DNA from: an uncultured Acidobacteriota bacterium
Lineage (GTDB): Bacteria; Acidobacteriota; Vicinamibacteria; Vicinamibacterales; UBA8438
Assembly (NCBI GenBank): GCA_913043225.1
Contig: CAJWLU010000011.1
Coordinates: 32,001 to 96,000, forward strand
DNA length: 64,000 nt
Direction of reading: 5' to 3'
This document shows positions 27,547 through 35,602 of this stretch, piece by piece (the stretch's first letter is position 1; every line of letters begins with the position of its first letter). A program made the translations under genes and the position numbers. The notes below the pieces were generated by a model. That model was not told where the DNA came from. It worked only from the letters and a program-made list of their open reading frames with translations, and ran no database searches.

Positions 27547-29010
27547 TCAGCTGCTGGCTGGTTCCGACGTCGATGTCGTCGTCGAAGTGGTAAGCCCCAT
27601 CCGTTGCGCCGCCCGCTCGGCCTCTTCGCGACCCGGATAGCTGATGCCGCGACGGTGCAGCTTAAGCGTGTAGATGGAGAAGGGCGACAACCGGTGCGAC
27701 AGATACACGCTCCCCACCGTGGCCGCCATCAACGGCAGCATAATGCGGTAGTCATTGGTCATCTCGAACAGGATCAGGATTGAGGTGGTGGGCGCTTTGG
27801 CCGCAGCGGCGAAGAAGGCCGCCATCCCGACCATGGCATAGGCGCCAGACGTCGCCGTCCAGTCCGGGAAGACGAAGTGCACCAGCGAGCCAAAGGCGCC
27901 GCCGAGCATCGCCCCCATGTAGAGACTGGGCGCGAACACGCCGCCCGAACCGCCCGAACCCAGCGTAAAGCAATTGGCCACCATCTCGGCCACGAACAGG
28001 CCCACCAGCAGCTCCCACGGGAATCGCACCCAGAGCGCCGACTCGACGGCTGGGAGGCCTGCGCCATAGATATCCGGGAAATAGCGGAGTACCAGGCCTG
28101 CTAGCAGGCCGCCCACCGCCGGCTTCAGATAGTCGGGGAACTTCCAGGCACCAAACAGGTCCTCGGCCTTGTAGAGAGCGCGCACATAAAGGATGGCTGC
28201 CCAGCCAAGAATTAGCCCCATCGCGAAGTAGAGGGGCAGCTCACGACCGCTCACCAGGTCGTAGGCGGGCGCAGTGAACGCCGGATAATTGCCCAGATAC
28301 GAGCGCGCCACCATGCAGGAGCTGAGCGAGGTGAGCAGCACCAGCAGAAAGTCGGTTTGCAGCCGCCCGATGAGCACTTCCATCGAGAAGATGGCGCCAG
28401 CAATCGGCGCATTGAAGGTGGCAGCCACTCCGCCGGCAGCGCCGCAAGTAACCAACGTGCGGACGCGATGTGGCGTCAGCTTGGTCCATTGTCCCACCGC
28501 CGAGCCGATAGCTGAGCCGATCTGCACCATCGGTCCTTCGCGGCCGGCCGTGCCGCCAAAGCCGATAGTGAGCGACGAAGTGATGACCTTGATAGTGGCA
28601 ACGCGCTTACGGATACGACCGCCGCGACTGGCTAGTGCCGTCATCACTTCGGGCACGCCGTGTCCACGGGCTTCCTTCGCGAACTTGTGGATGAGCGGGC
28701 CCGCAATCAGGCCGCCGATGGCTGGCAACAGTACCAAGTTGGCGGGTCCGAAGATCTCGAGCGCGTGCGCCACCTCGCCCCGAGCAAACTCGGCCAGCCA
28801 TTCCAGCACGAAGATAAAGCCCACCGACCCGTAGCCTGTAAGCACCCCGACCACCACCGCAAGGATGATGAGATAGTTCTGTTCTGGGAGGAACGAGGCC
28901 TTGGAGAAGACCTTGGGCCAGCGGCCCATCGCCGCCCGCCACGTACGCGGCGGGGACGACGACGGCGCGGGCTCGACCGGTTCGTGGATGTCGTCTTCGG
29001 CGGAGGTCAT
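27547..29010 (-). CDS. CLC-family chloride channel/transporter without CBS domains
   Basis: [26 protein letters not shown] and SIY motifs; many TM helices. Confidence 0.93.
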   Translation of the reverse strand: MTSAEDDIHEPVEPAPSSSPPRTWRAAMGRWPKVFSKASFLPEQNYLIILAVVVGVLTGYGSVGFIFVLEWLAEFARGEVAHALEIFGPANLVLLPAIGGLIAGPLIHKFAKEARGHGVPEVMTALASRGGRIRKRVATIKVITSSLTIGFGGTAGREGPMVQIGSAIGSAVGQWTKLTPHRVRTLVTCGAAGGVAATFNAPIAGAIFSMEVLIGRLQTDFLLVLLTSLSSCMVARSYLGNYPAFTAPAYDLVSGRELPLYFAMGLILGWAAILYVRALYKAEDLFGAWKFPDYLKPAVGGLLAGLVLRYFPDIYGAGLPAVESALWVRFPWELLVGLFVAEMVANCFTLGSGGSGGVFAPSLYMGAMLGGAFGSLVHFVFPDWTATSGAYAMVGMAAFFAAAAKAPTTSILILFEMTNDYRIMLPLMAATVGSVYLSHRLSPFSIYTLKLHRRGISYPGREEAERAAQRMGLTTSTTTSTSEPASS

Positions 29011-30551
29011 TGCGCGTCCGGCAACAACGCGACGATACGGACGCGGTCGACCCGTCGCAGAGTAAGCAGGGCCGGCTCGACACGTCGCTCGAGCCGTTCG
29101 AAGCTGGCGCGCGAGTCCACGTCATCGGTGGCTCGCCCGTCGATCGTCAAGACCAGGTCGCCCAGTTCGAGACCAGCGGCAGCGGCAGCGCCGTCTGGTC
29201 GAGTGGCCACCACGCGCCACCCCTCGACACCATCAGCGCCAACATCCCACCGCAGGGCCACGCCCAGTCCAAGCAGCCGCACCGGCGGCTCGACGGGCGG
29301 CGCGCAGTCGACGCCTGGTAGGACCGTACCGCCGCTCAGTCGGCGGCGGCCGCGCAAGACCCGATAGCGCGTCAGGGTGCCCGCCTCGATAGCGTCCGAG
29401 CGGACGTTGAACGCGTCGACCGATTCGACCGGCTCACCGTCCCACTCCAGGATGATGTCGCCCGGGCGCAGCGACGGTTCGGGTACAAACGCCTCGGCTC
29501 GCAGCCGCTCCACCAGCAAGCCCTGCTCGATGTCGAGGAGCGCGATCACCTCGGGCGACAGCGCCGCAACAGAGATGGCGCGACACCGATCTACGCGCTG
29601 CAATTCGACCACGGACCGGCGCACGGCACTCGACGACAGCAACCGCGTACGTTCGCCCAACACCGAACCGCCCAGTGCCACGCCGACCAGTTCGCCATCC
29701 AAGTCGACGACAGCCGAGGCGCCGGTGCTCGACAGCGGCACCGATACTTCGAGAGAGGCGTCACCCGTGTCCTCGCCGCGCGCCGCTACCAGGTGCCCGG
29801 GCGTGATCGACGAACGACCGGAGCGGTCTCTGGTCACCGCACCCACGTAGGCTCCCGAGGGCACCGCCGCTGGCAGAACCAGACTGAACGATGGCACCCG
29901 CTCTATATCTACTTCGAAGAGCGCCAATCCCTGCTCGCTGTCGACGGCCACCAACCCATGCGGACGTGCGGGAGGTTCCTCAACCATAGGCTCAGGCTTG
30001 CCATCCGGATCGTCCACGGCAGCGTCGTCAGTCTCGGTCGCTTCGGCCAACTCAGCATCGACTTCGCCACCGCCAACCTCTGCGTCATCCCCCTCTCGCT
30101 CGTCTGGACGCAACAGCGCCTCGCGATCGAGCTCGGCCAGCACAGCTTCGCCGGCTGCCGCGGTGGTCAGAGCCAAGCCCGGCATCACCACCACGGCCGG
30201 TACGCTATTGGGCCCCACCAGCACCACGCGGTCTTCCACTCGCTCGCGCAGCTGGCCCCAGTAGTCGTCGAAGTAGGTCAGCGGCGTCTTTTCGAGATCG
30301 GGCCGACGCGGAGGATCTGGGGGAAGCGGCAGCGGCTCAGGCGCCGCCGTCGGCACGCCGTCGGCGTCAGCCGCCTCCACCGCGCGACCGGCCTCGAGCG
30401 CGCCCTGCACCAGCACGCCGGCGACGATCAGAATGATCACCACCGGGAACAAGAGCTGCCGTTCGTGCAGCGTACGGATAAAGGGAATGCGAAGGAGGCT
30501 ACCCACAGAAAGCGCCCATCGTTCGAGGAGGCCTAGCTCCCCCATAAGCAT
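29007..30551 (-). CDS. Membrane-anchored PDZ-domain protein with a degenerate trypsin-like region
   Basis: N-terminal TM; VVDLDGELVGV; two PDZ-like segments (LRPGDIILEWDG, GLELGDLVLTIDG); start uncertain. Confidence 0.75.
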   Translation of the reverse strand: MLMGELGLLERWALSVGSLLRIPFIRTLHERQLLFPVVIILIVAGVLVQGALEAGRAVEAADADGVPTAAPEPLPLPPDPPRRPDLEKTPLTYFDDYWGQLRERVEDRVVLVGPNSVPAVVVMPGLALTTAAAGEAVLAELDREALLRPDEREGDDAEVGGGEVDAELAEATETDDAAVDDPDGKPEPMVEEPPARPHGLVAVDSEQGLALFEVDIERVPSFSLVLPAAVPSGAYVGAVTRDRSGRSSITPGHLVAARGEDTGDASLEVSVPLSSTGASAVVDLDGELVGVALGGSVLGERTRLLSSSAVRRSVVELQRVDRCRAISVAALSPEVIALLDIEQGLLVERLRAEAFVPEPSLRPGDIILEWDGEPVESVDAFNVRSDAIEAGTLTRYRVLRGRRRLSGGTVLPGVDCAPPVEPPVRLLGLGVALRWDVGADGVEGWRVVATRPDGAAAAAGLELGDLVLTIDGRATDDVDSRASFERLERRVEPALLTLRRVDRVRIVALLPDAQ

Positions 30552-30731
30552 TGTAGTACGCGCCACTCGCACCCGCAACCAAGGCAGGCGCGCCAGGACA
30601 AAGAACTCTCCCCACCACTGATGGTGACGGAGTGATAGGAGGTGTCAGCGAGTGCCGAGGACACTTACTGCTGATCGAGCAATTGCTACATCATCGCTAG
30701 ACCGGCCTCCACTACTGATTGCTCTGACGAT

Positions 30732-30759
30732 AAAGGGCGACCTGCCAGGCCGTCCCTTT
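30732..30759 (-). terminator. Probable intrinsic terminator of the DASS gene
   Basis: AAAGGG(A)CGGCCTG-G-CAGGTCGCCCTTT hairpin just after the stop codon. Confidence 0.55.
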
Positions 30760-30768
30760 CGCTTGTAA

Positions 30769-32301
30769 TCACCCGAGGATGAAGGGCACGAGCAACAACG
30801 CGAGCGCCGGCACCACCGTGACCGCGATGAGATCCATCAGCACCCCGTAGCGGATCATGTCCGTGATCTTCACGCGCCCCGAGGCATAGACGATGGCGTT
30901 AGGCGGTGTCGACACCGGGAGCGCGTCGGCCACCGAAGCCGAGAGCGCGGCGGCCACGGACGGAACGATCGGATTGACGCCAGACGCCATAGCGATCGAT
31001 ATGACAATCGGGATGGCGATGTTCGTGGCCGCCGTGTTCGACATGGTCTCGGACAGGATGACCGTGAAGAGCGCCGCCGCGAAGGTCAACGTGACCATCT
31101 CGTCGGTCGGCACCAGCCCGGTGATGCCCTCGGCTACGACCAGAGCCAACCCGGAGGACGCAGCCATGGCGCCAAGCGACAGCCCTCCGCCGAAAAGCAG
31201 GATAGTGCCCCAGTCGATCTGGGCCGCCTGCTTCCAGGTGATGGTGCTCCGCTCGGTCTTGCTGTTGGGGAGGAGGAAGAGGAGCACGACGCCGATCAGT
31301 GCTGCCACCGCCTCCGGCACACTGGCCAGCACCGAGGCTGCCACCGGGTGCTCGCGCCCCAGAATCAGCGCCATAATACCTGGGCCTACCCACAACACCA
31401 CCGTGACGCTAAACGCGATCAGCGCGTTGATCTCGCCACGGCGCCAGGGACCGAGCGCCGCCCGACGTTTTGCGATGATCTTGTCGAGACCGGGAATCTC
31501 GCTGACCCCTGTCTTTCCCACCCAGTTCAGGTAGACGAAGACGATGGCCATTAGCACCAGCACGATGGGCATCGAGAACAGCATCCACTGCACGAAGGTG
31601 ATACGGAAATCGAGTTGCTCGCCAAGCATCCCTACTGCGATGAGATTGGGAGGTGTCCCTACCGGTGTCGCCATGCCACCCCGCGAACAGCAATAGGTAG
31701 TCATCAGCATCAACGCAGTACCGTACTTCTTCGGGATATCGGCTTCCGCCTCCATGAAACGGATAAGCGAGAGCCCGAGCGGAACGAGCATCGCCGCAGT
31801 CGCCGTGTTGCTCATCCAAGCCGAGAGCACCGCCGCGAGCACGCCGTAGGCAAAGAGGATCCTCCCAGGTCTGGCACCGACGATCTTGAGCGAGAGCACG
31901 CCGAAGGCCACCCTCTCATTGACCCGGTGCACGAACAACGCGTGCGCAAGGATAAAGCTGCCAATGAACAGGAAAATAGTAGTACTGGCGAAGGGCCTAA
32001 ACGCTTCGCCCGCTGGAGCCACCTGCAACACGATGGCCAGCGCCGGACCCAGCAGCGACGTGACCGCGAGCGGCAACGCCTCGGTAATCCAGAACACGAT
32101 CACCAGCGCCATGACGGCGGCCATCCGATGGCCTTCGGGCGTCAGCAACTCGAACGGCCAGGCCAGCGTGAGCAGGAAGACCAGCGGACCGACCACAAGC
32201 CCGATGCGGCGCCGTTTCTCGTCAAATTCGATCTCGGTCTGGGTCTTGGACGCGACGGGCAAAGGCGCGCCGCTCCCCGGTTGAGGCTGTTCTGCAGACA
32301 T
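30769..32301 (-). CDS. SLC13/DASS family Na+-dependent dicarboxylate/anion symporter
   Basis: WITEALPL; two SNTA motifs; GTPPN; STPPNAIVY; many TM helices. Confidence 0.93.
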   Translation of the reverse strand: MSAEQPQPGSGAPLPVASKTQTEIEFDEKRRRIGLVVGPLVFLLTLAWPFELLTPEGHRMAAVMALVIVFWITEALPLAVTSLLGPALAIVLQVAPAGEAFRPFASTTIFLFIGSFILAHALFVHRVNERVAFGVLSLKIVGARPGRILFAYGVLAAVLSAWMSNTATAAMLVPLGLSLIRFMEAEADIPKKYGTALMLMTTYCCSRGGMATPVGTPPNLIAVGMLGEQLDFRITFVQWMLFSMPIVLVLMAIVFVYLNWVGKTGVSEIPGLDKIIAKRRAALGPWRRGEINALIAFSVTVVLWVGPGIMALILGREHPVAASVLASVPEAVAALIGVVLLFLLPNSKTERSTITWKQAAQIDWGTILLFGGGLSLGAMAASSGLALVVAEGITGLVPTDEMVTLTFAAALFTVILSETMSNTAATNIAIPIVISIAMASGVNPIVPSVAAALSASVADALPVSTPPNAIVYASGRVKITDMIRYGVLMDLIAVTVVPALALLLVPFILG

Positions 32302-32432
32302 TGGTTGCCCGGTGTATCACATTTCGGGTCAGCCTGGCCAACAAGGAAACAACCTGGTGGGCACTTCCTCCCAGCAGATCGGTCCTAAGGAGATAGGCCG
32401 CCAGGCCGAGACGGGTGCGATACCATGCCTGG

Positions 32433-32673
32433 ATATCCGGCGGCCTGCCCCACGCGACACACCATCCCCACGACCGGCAGCATCGTCCAGCACTACGAGA
32501 CCGGCGGTGCATCCGGCTCACCAATTCGTTCAGTAAGAAGCTGGAAATCCACGCGCGCTCGGCACGCTGCACTTCCTGCACTACAGTCTTCGTGAAGATC
32601 CACTCGTCCCTGCAGACAACGCCGGCTTAGGCTGAGACTGTGGGAGCTCTCGGATCTCGTCGAATGGCTCGAA
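32433..32673 (+). mobile_element. Degraded IS1-family transposase C-terminal remnant
   Basis: Frames give RRCIRLTNSFSKKLEIH / LHFLHY / FVKIHSSLQTTPA* / LWELSDLVEWLE, matching the RRFTRLTNAFSKK..NH...LHF.HYNF.RIH.TL..TPAM...W....LV pattern; frameshifts and a stop. Confidence 0.75.
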
Positions 32674-32984
32674 TCAGCGGAGGGACAATCACCATGTGGG
32701 CTAGAACCACTGCTCTGGAACGGTTGTGGCTATTCGGATCGCTGCTCACTGGAACCACCTTTTCGGTCGTTCTGGGGACCGACCTCAGAACCAGCCTCGT
32801 TGACGGGTTGTAGATGGGGGGCGAAGTCCATCTCGGCATTGCCGTGCTTCGCGCAAGCGCCTGGACAGTACGAACTCTCAGCTGCACAAATTAAGCCACT
32901 ACCAAGGGGTGGCTGAACCGGCGTCGCCATACGGCGTGGTATCCTTGAGGACTAGGTTCGAAGGCGGAACGTAAGGAGGACGCT

Positions 32985-33140
32985 ATGGGTCCGATAGGTC
33001 TCCCCGAGCTGGTCATCATCCTGTTGATTCTGTTGCTCATCTTCGGCGCCAACCGTCTGTCCGGCCTCGGCCGCGGAGTGGGTCAGGCGATCCGCGGCTT
33101 CAAGGACGAAATGGGTAACAAGGACGACAAGGACGAATAA
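32985..33140 (+). CDS. tatA: Twin-arginine translocase subunit TatA/E (absent from the ORF track; 51 aa)
   Basis: MGPIGLPELVIILLILLLIFGANRLSGLGRGVGQAIRGFKDEMGNKDDKDE; AAGGAGG SD. Confidence 0.93.
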   Translation: MGPIGLPELVIILLILLLIFGANRLSGLGRGVGQAIRGFKDEMGNKDDKDE

Positions 33141-33240
33141 CCCGCGGCATGCCCGCCGCAGTTCACCGTACATGACAAGGACCGACGCCCACGCTTACGC
33201 GTGGAGGTCGGTCCTTATTTTCTTGCGCGCCAGCCGACGA

Positions 33241-33774
33241 CTAGTTGGCCAGCCCGAGGTCTTGCATGTGGGCGACGAGATCCCCGCCGGCGGTCGACGG
33301 GTTCACTTCTTTGTCGATCCGCAGGATCTTGCCATCGCCGCCGATGATAAACGTCCACCGGAACGGGAACGCGCGCTCGGCAGTGACCACGCCATAGGCC
33401 TCAGCCACTTCCTTGGTCGGATTACTCAGTAGAGGAAAATCGGAGTCTAGCGACTCGGCAAATTCCTTGTTGGTCTGAGGGTCATCGACACTGATCATGA
33501 AATAAGCCATATCGATGGCCTGCAACTCGTCGCTGGATTCACGCAGCGACTTGCACTGAGCCGTTCAACCACCGGTAAACGCCTTGGGGAACCAGGCCAG
33601 CACCACCACCGTGCCCGAATAGTCAGACAGGCTGTGGGTTTTGCCGTCAGACCCTGGCAGACTGAAGGCTGGCGCCATATCGCCAACCTCGAGCCCCTGA
33701 GCCTGGGCTCCGCCGACGCCTACCGCAGCCACGGCCACGAAGACCATGACGCCGAGGGCGACGAACATCTTCAT
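33241..33774 (-). CDS. Exported selenocysteine-containing peroxiredoxin (BCP/PrxQ-like, AhpC/TSA family)
   Basis: Track ORFs 33565-33774 and 33241-33525 are one frame: ...WFPKAFTGG[TGA]TAQCKSLR...ISVD...FPLLS...AYGV...RWTFII; the TGA (33565-33567) occupies the peroxidatic Cys site of PxxxTxxC. Confidence 0.88.
33521..33555 (-). promoter_or_regulatory. Bacterial SECIS-like stem-loop
   Basis: Begins after a 9-nt spacer 3' of the UGA: UGCAA-GUCGCUG-[CGUGAAUC]-CAGCGAC-GAG-UUGCA (7-bp upper stem, bulge, 5-bp lower stem). Confidence 0.7.
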
Positions 33775-34049
33775 TACTCCACTCCTTGAGTGTAAGGACC
33801 GCCGAAAGACCGATTCACCCTACCAGACTGCATGGAGCGCCGTCTACTGAAACAGCGCGGTCTCGGAGAACTGTGCGAACCGGCCGAACCAGAACGTCCG
33901 GTGCTCCGACAGCCGCGGGAGCCTGGCGCCGGCCCCACTCCGGCCACGAGCCTAGGCAGCACCCGCCATGCCTATCCGACGGTCCCAGTTCGCATGCGCG
34001 TGTTTCTCAGACACCCCGCCGGCAGGGAATGGTTCGTAACGACAGCGCC

Positions 34050-34586
34050 CTACGTATCCTGGTCGAGGACGGCCACGTACGGCAGCTCCCGGTAGCGCTC
34101 ATCCAAATCAAGCCCGTACCCCACGACGAATCGGTCCCCGATCGTGAAGCCCACATGCTCAAGAGCCACCGCGGTCTGCCGCCGGGTCGGCTTGTCGAGC
34201 AGCGCGACCGACCGGAGCGACCGTGGGCGCCGACCCTTAAGCGTGGACCGCAGCCACGCCAATGTGCATCCGCTGTCAACGATGTCCTCGACAATCAGCA
34301 CGTCCCGCCCGGCGGGATCCTCCTGGAGATCCTTGAGCACCCTCACCACGCCCGTTGACCGGGTCCCCGCGTCATAGCTCGACAGCGTAATGAGGTCCAT
34401 GGTGAGCGGTCGTCCCAGGGCTCTCATGAAGTCGGCGAGAAACACCACGCTCCCCTTTAGGACCGCCACCAAATGAGGGTCTCGACCAGGGGGATAGTGA
34501 CGGTTGACCTCGACGGCCAGCTCATCGATCCGCCGGTCAATTTCGCTGGCCGTCAACAACACAGACAGACCGGGAGAGCCCATCAT
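34050..34586 (-). CDS. hpt: Hypoxanthine phosphoribosyltransferase
   Basis: VLKGSVVFLAD; VLIVEDIVDSG PRPP-binding motif; LLDKP; FVVGYGLD; YRELP. Confidence 0.95.
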   Translation of the reverse strand: MMGSPGLSVLLTASEIDRRIDELAVEVNRHYPPGRDPHLVAVLKGSVVFLADFMRALGRPLTMDLITLSSYDAGTRSTGVVRVLKDLQEDPAGRDVLIVEDIVDSGCTLAWLRSTLKGRRPRSLRSVALLDKPTRRQTAVALEHVGFTIGDRFVVGYGLDLDERYRELPYVAVLDQDT

Positions 34587-34644
34587 CTATGGCGATGGTA
34601 GCAGAGGGTCGATGAAACCGGGCTCGGACGGTGGAGTAGGAAGA

Positions 34645-34719
34645 TGGTGGGCGCTAGTGGATTCGAACCACTGACCCCCGCCGTGTGAAGGCGATGCTCT
34701 ACCACTGAGCCAAGCGCCC
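34645..34719 (-). tRNA. tRNA-Val (anticodon CAC)
   Basis: GGGCGCTTGGCTCAGTGGTAGAGCATCGCCTTCACACGGCGGGGGTCAGTGGTTCGAATCCACTAGCGCCCACCA forms a cloverleaf with GTTCGA T-loop and encoded CCA. Confidence 0.96.
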
Positions 34720-34767
34720 ACGCCGAGCAACTAGAAAGCCAGTTTACCTCAACCGGAGACGACCGCC

Positions 34768-35232
34768 CTACCCGACGAACAGCGACTCGTCCTTGTCTCG
34801 GCTGGGCTTGGGTGCCGCGGGTGGGTCCGGCGCCTGGGTTGGCGAACGGGTTGGCGGCTCGGCCGACGGCTCGTTTCGTCTGGCAAGGGCGGCGCGGATG
34901 CCATCGATGAGCGCAAACGCCTCACGCACGGGCGTGATGATGACCTGCTGCGCCGCGTCGAGGGTCTCTTCAGCCTGCTGCGATAGGCGCGAGGTTAACT
35001 GATCCGCTCGCTCGAACTGGGCCGACGCCAACTTGGCAGCGTGCGACGCCTGGTCGCCCATTTCGTGCACCTTGGCCATAAACGGGTCGATCTCCCGTTC
35101 CACCCGATCGGCAAGTCGATTCACCCGCCGCGCCAGGACGGCGCCGAAGATCAGGACCCCGATCTGGATAAACGCCATCAGCGCGGTGGAGACCGCGATG
35201 ACAATTAGGGCCAGGGTCGAAAAGTCGCTCAC
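34768..35232 (-). CDS. DUF948/YoxC-like membrane-anchored coiled-coil protein
   Basis: N-terminal TM plus heptad region; coupled to the upstream YtxH gene. Confidence 0.65.
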   Translation of the reverse strand: MSDFSTLALIVIAVSTALMAFIQIGVLIFGAVLARRVNRLADRVEREIDPFMAKVHEMGDQASHAAKLASAQFERADQLTSRLSQQAEETLDAAQQVIITPVREAFALIDGIRAALARRNEPSAEPPTRSPTQAPDPPAAPKPSRDKDESLFVG

Positions 35233-35525
35233 GCCGGCGCCTCGGACGCGTCCGAAGCGTCCTGCTTGGTCTGCGCCCGCTGATAGGCTTCGCGACCGCG
35301 GTCGATCGCCGACGTCAGGTTCTCTCGTTGCCTGGTCACAAACTCGCCCCCGCGTCGCGCGGCGTCCGAAGCCCTCTCCCGCCCCTCTTGCGCCTTCTCG
35401 TTCAATCGCCGACGAGTCTCCTCACCAGCGCTGGGCGCCCACAACAGCGCCACGGCGGCGCCGCTCACGGCTCCCAGCACGAACGCCATCAACACCGCTC
35501 CCGCATGTCCATCCTCTCGTGCCAT
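35229..35525 (-). CDS. YtxH-domain protein
   Basis: FVLGAVSGAAVALLWAPSAGEETR motif; GAGGAG SD before ATG 35525. Confidence 0.9.
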   Translation of the reverse strand: MAREDGHAGAVLMAFVLGAVSGAAVALLWAPSAGEETRRRLNEKAQEGRERASDAARRGGEFVTRQRENLTSAIDRGREAYQRAQTKQDASDASEAPA

Positions 35526-35602
35526 GCTCGTTCTCCTCGCTAGGTCTTCTCGTCCCAATCATCTCATATTCGAGCCAGGCTTCCCGGCACGGACGAACGG
35601 CG

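Noticed and set aside
30580..30768. Fluoride riboswitch or CIRCE element upstream of the PDZ-CLC genes
   Set aside because: The fluoride riboswitch consensus is not recognisable, the CLC lacks CLC-F motifs, and only half of a CIRCE-like sequence (GGCACTC) is present.
33565..33567. Peroxiredoxin TGA as a nonsense mutation, or genome-wide TGA=Trp/Gly recoding
   Set aside because: The TGA falls exactly on the catalytic Cys codon, both halves look intact, a hairpin follows, and TGA terminates many other genes in the window. Selenocysteine fits better.
32985..33774. Functional link between tatA and the neighbouring selenoprotein
   Set aside because: The genes are convergent, and the peroxiredoxin signal peptide has no twin-arginine motif.
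33790..34045. Small gene between the peroxiredoxin and hpt
   Set aside because: No frame has a convincing start, SD or motif. It could be a remnant, but I cannot support that.
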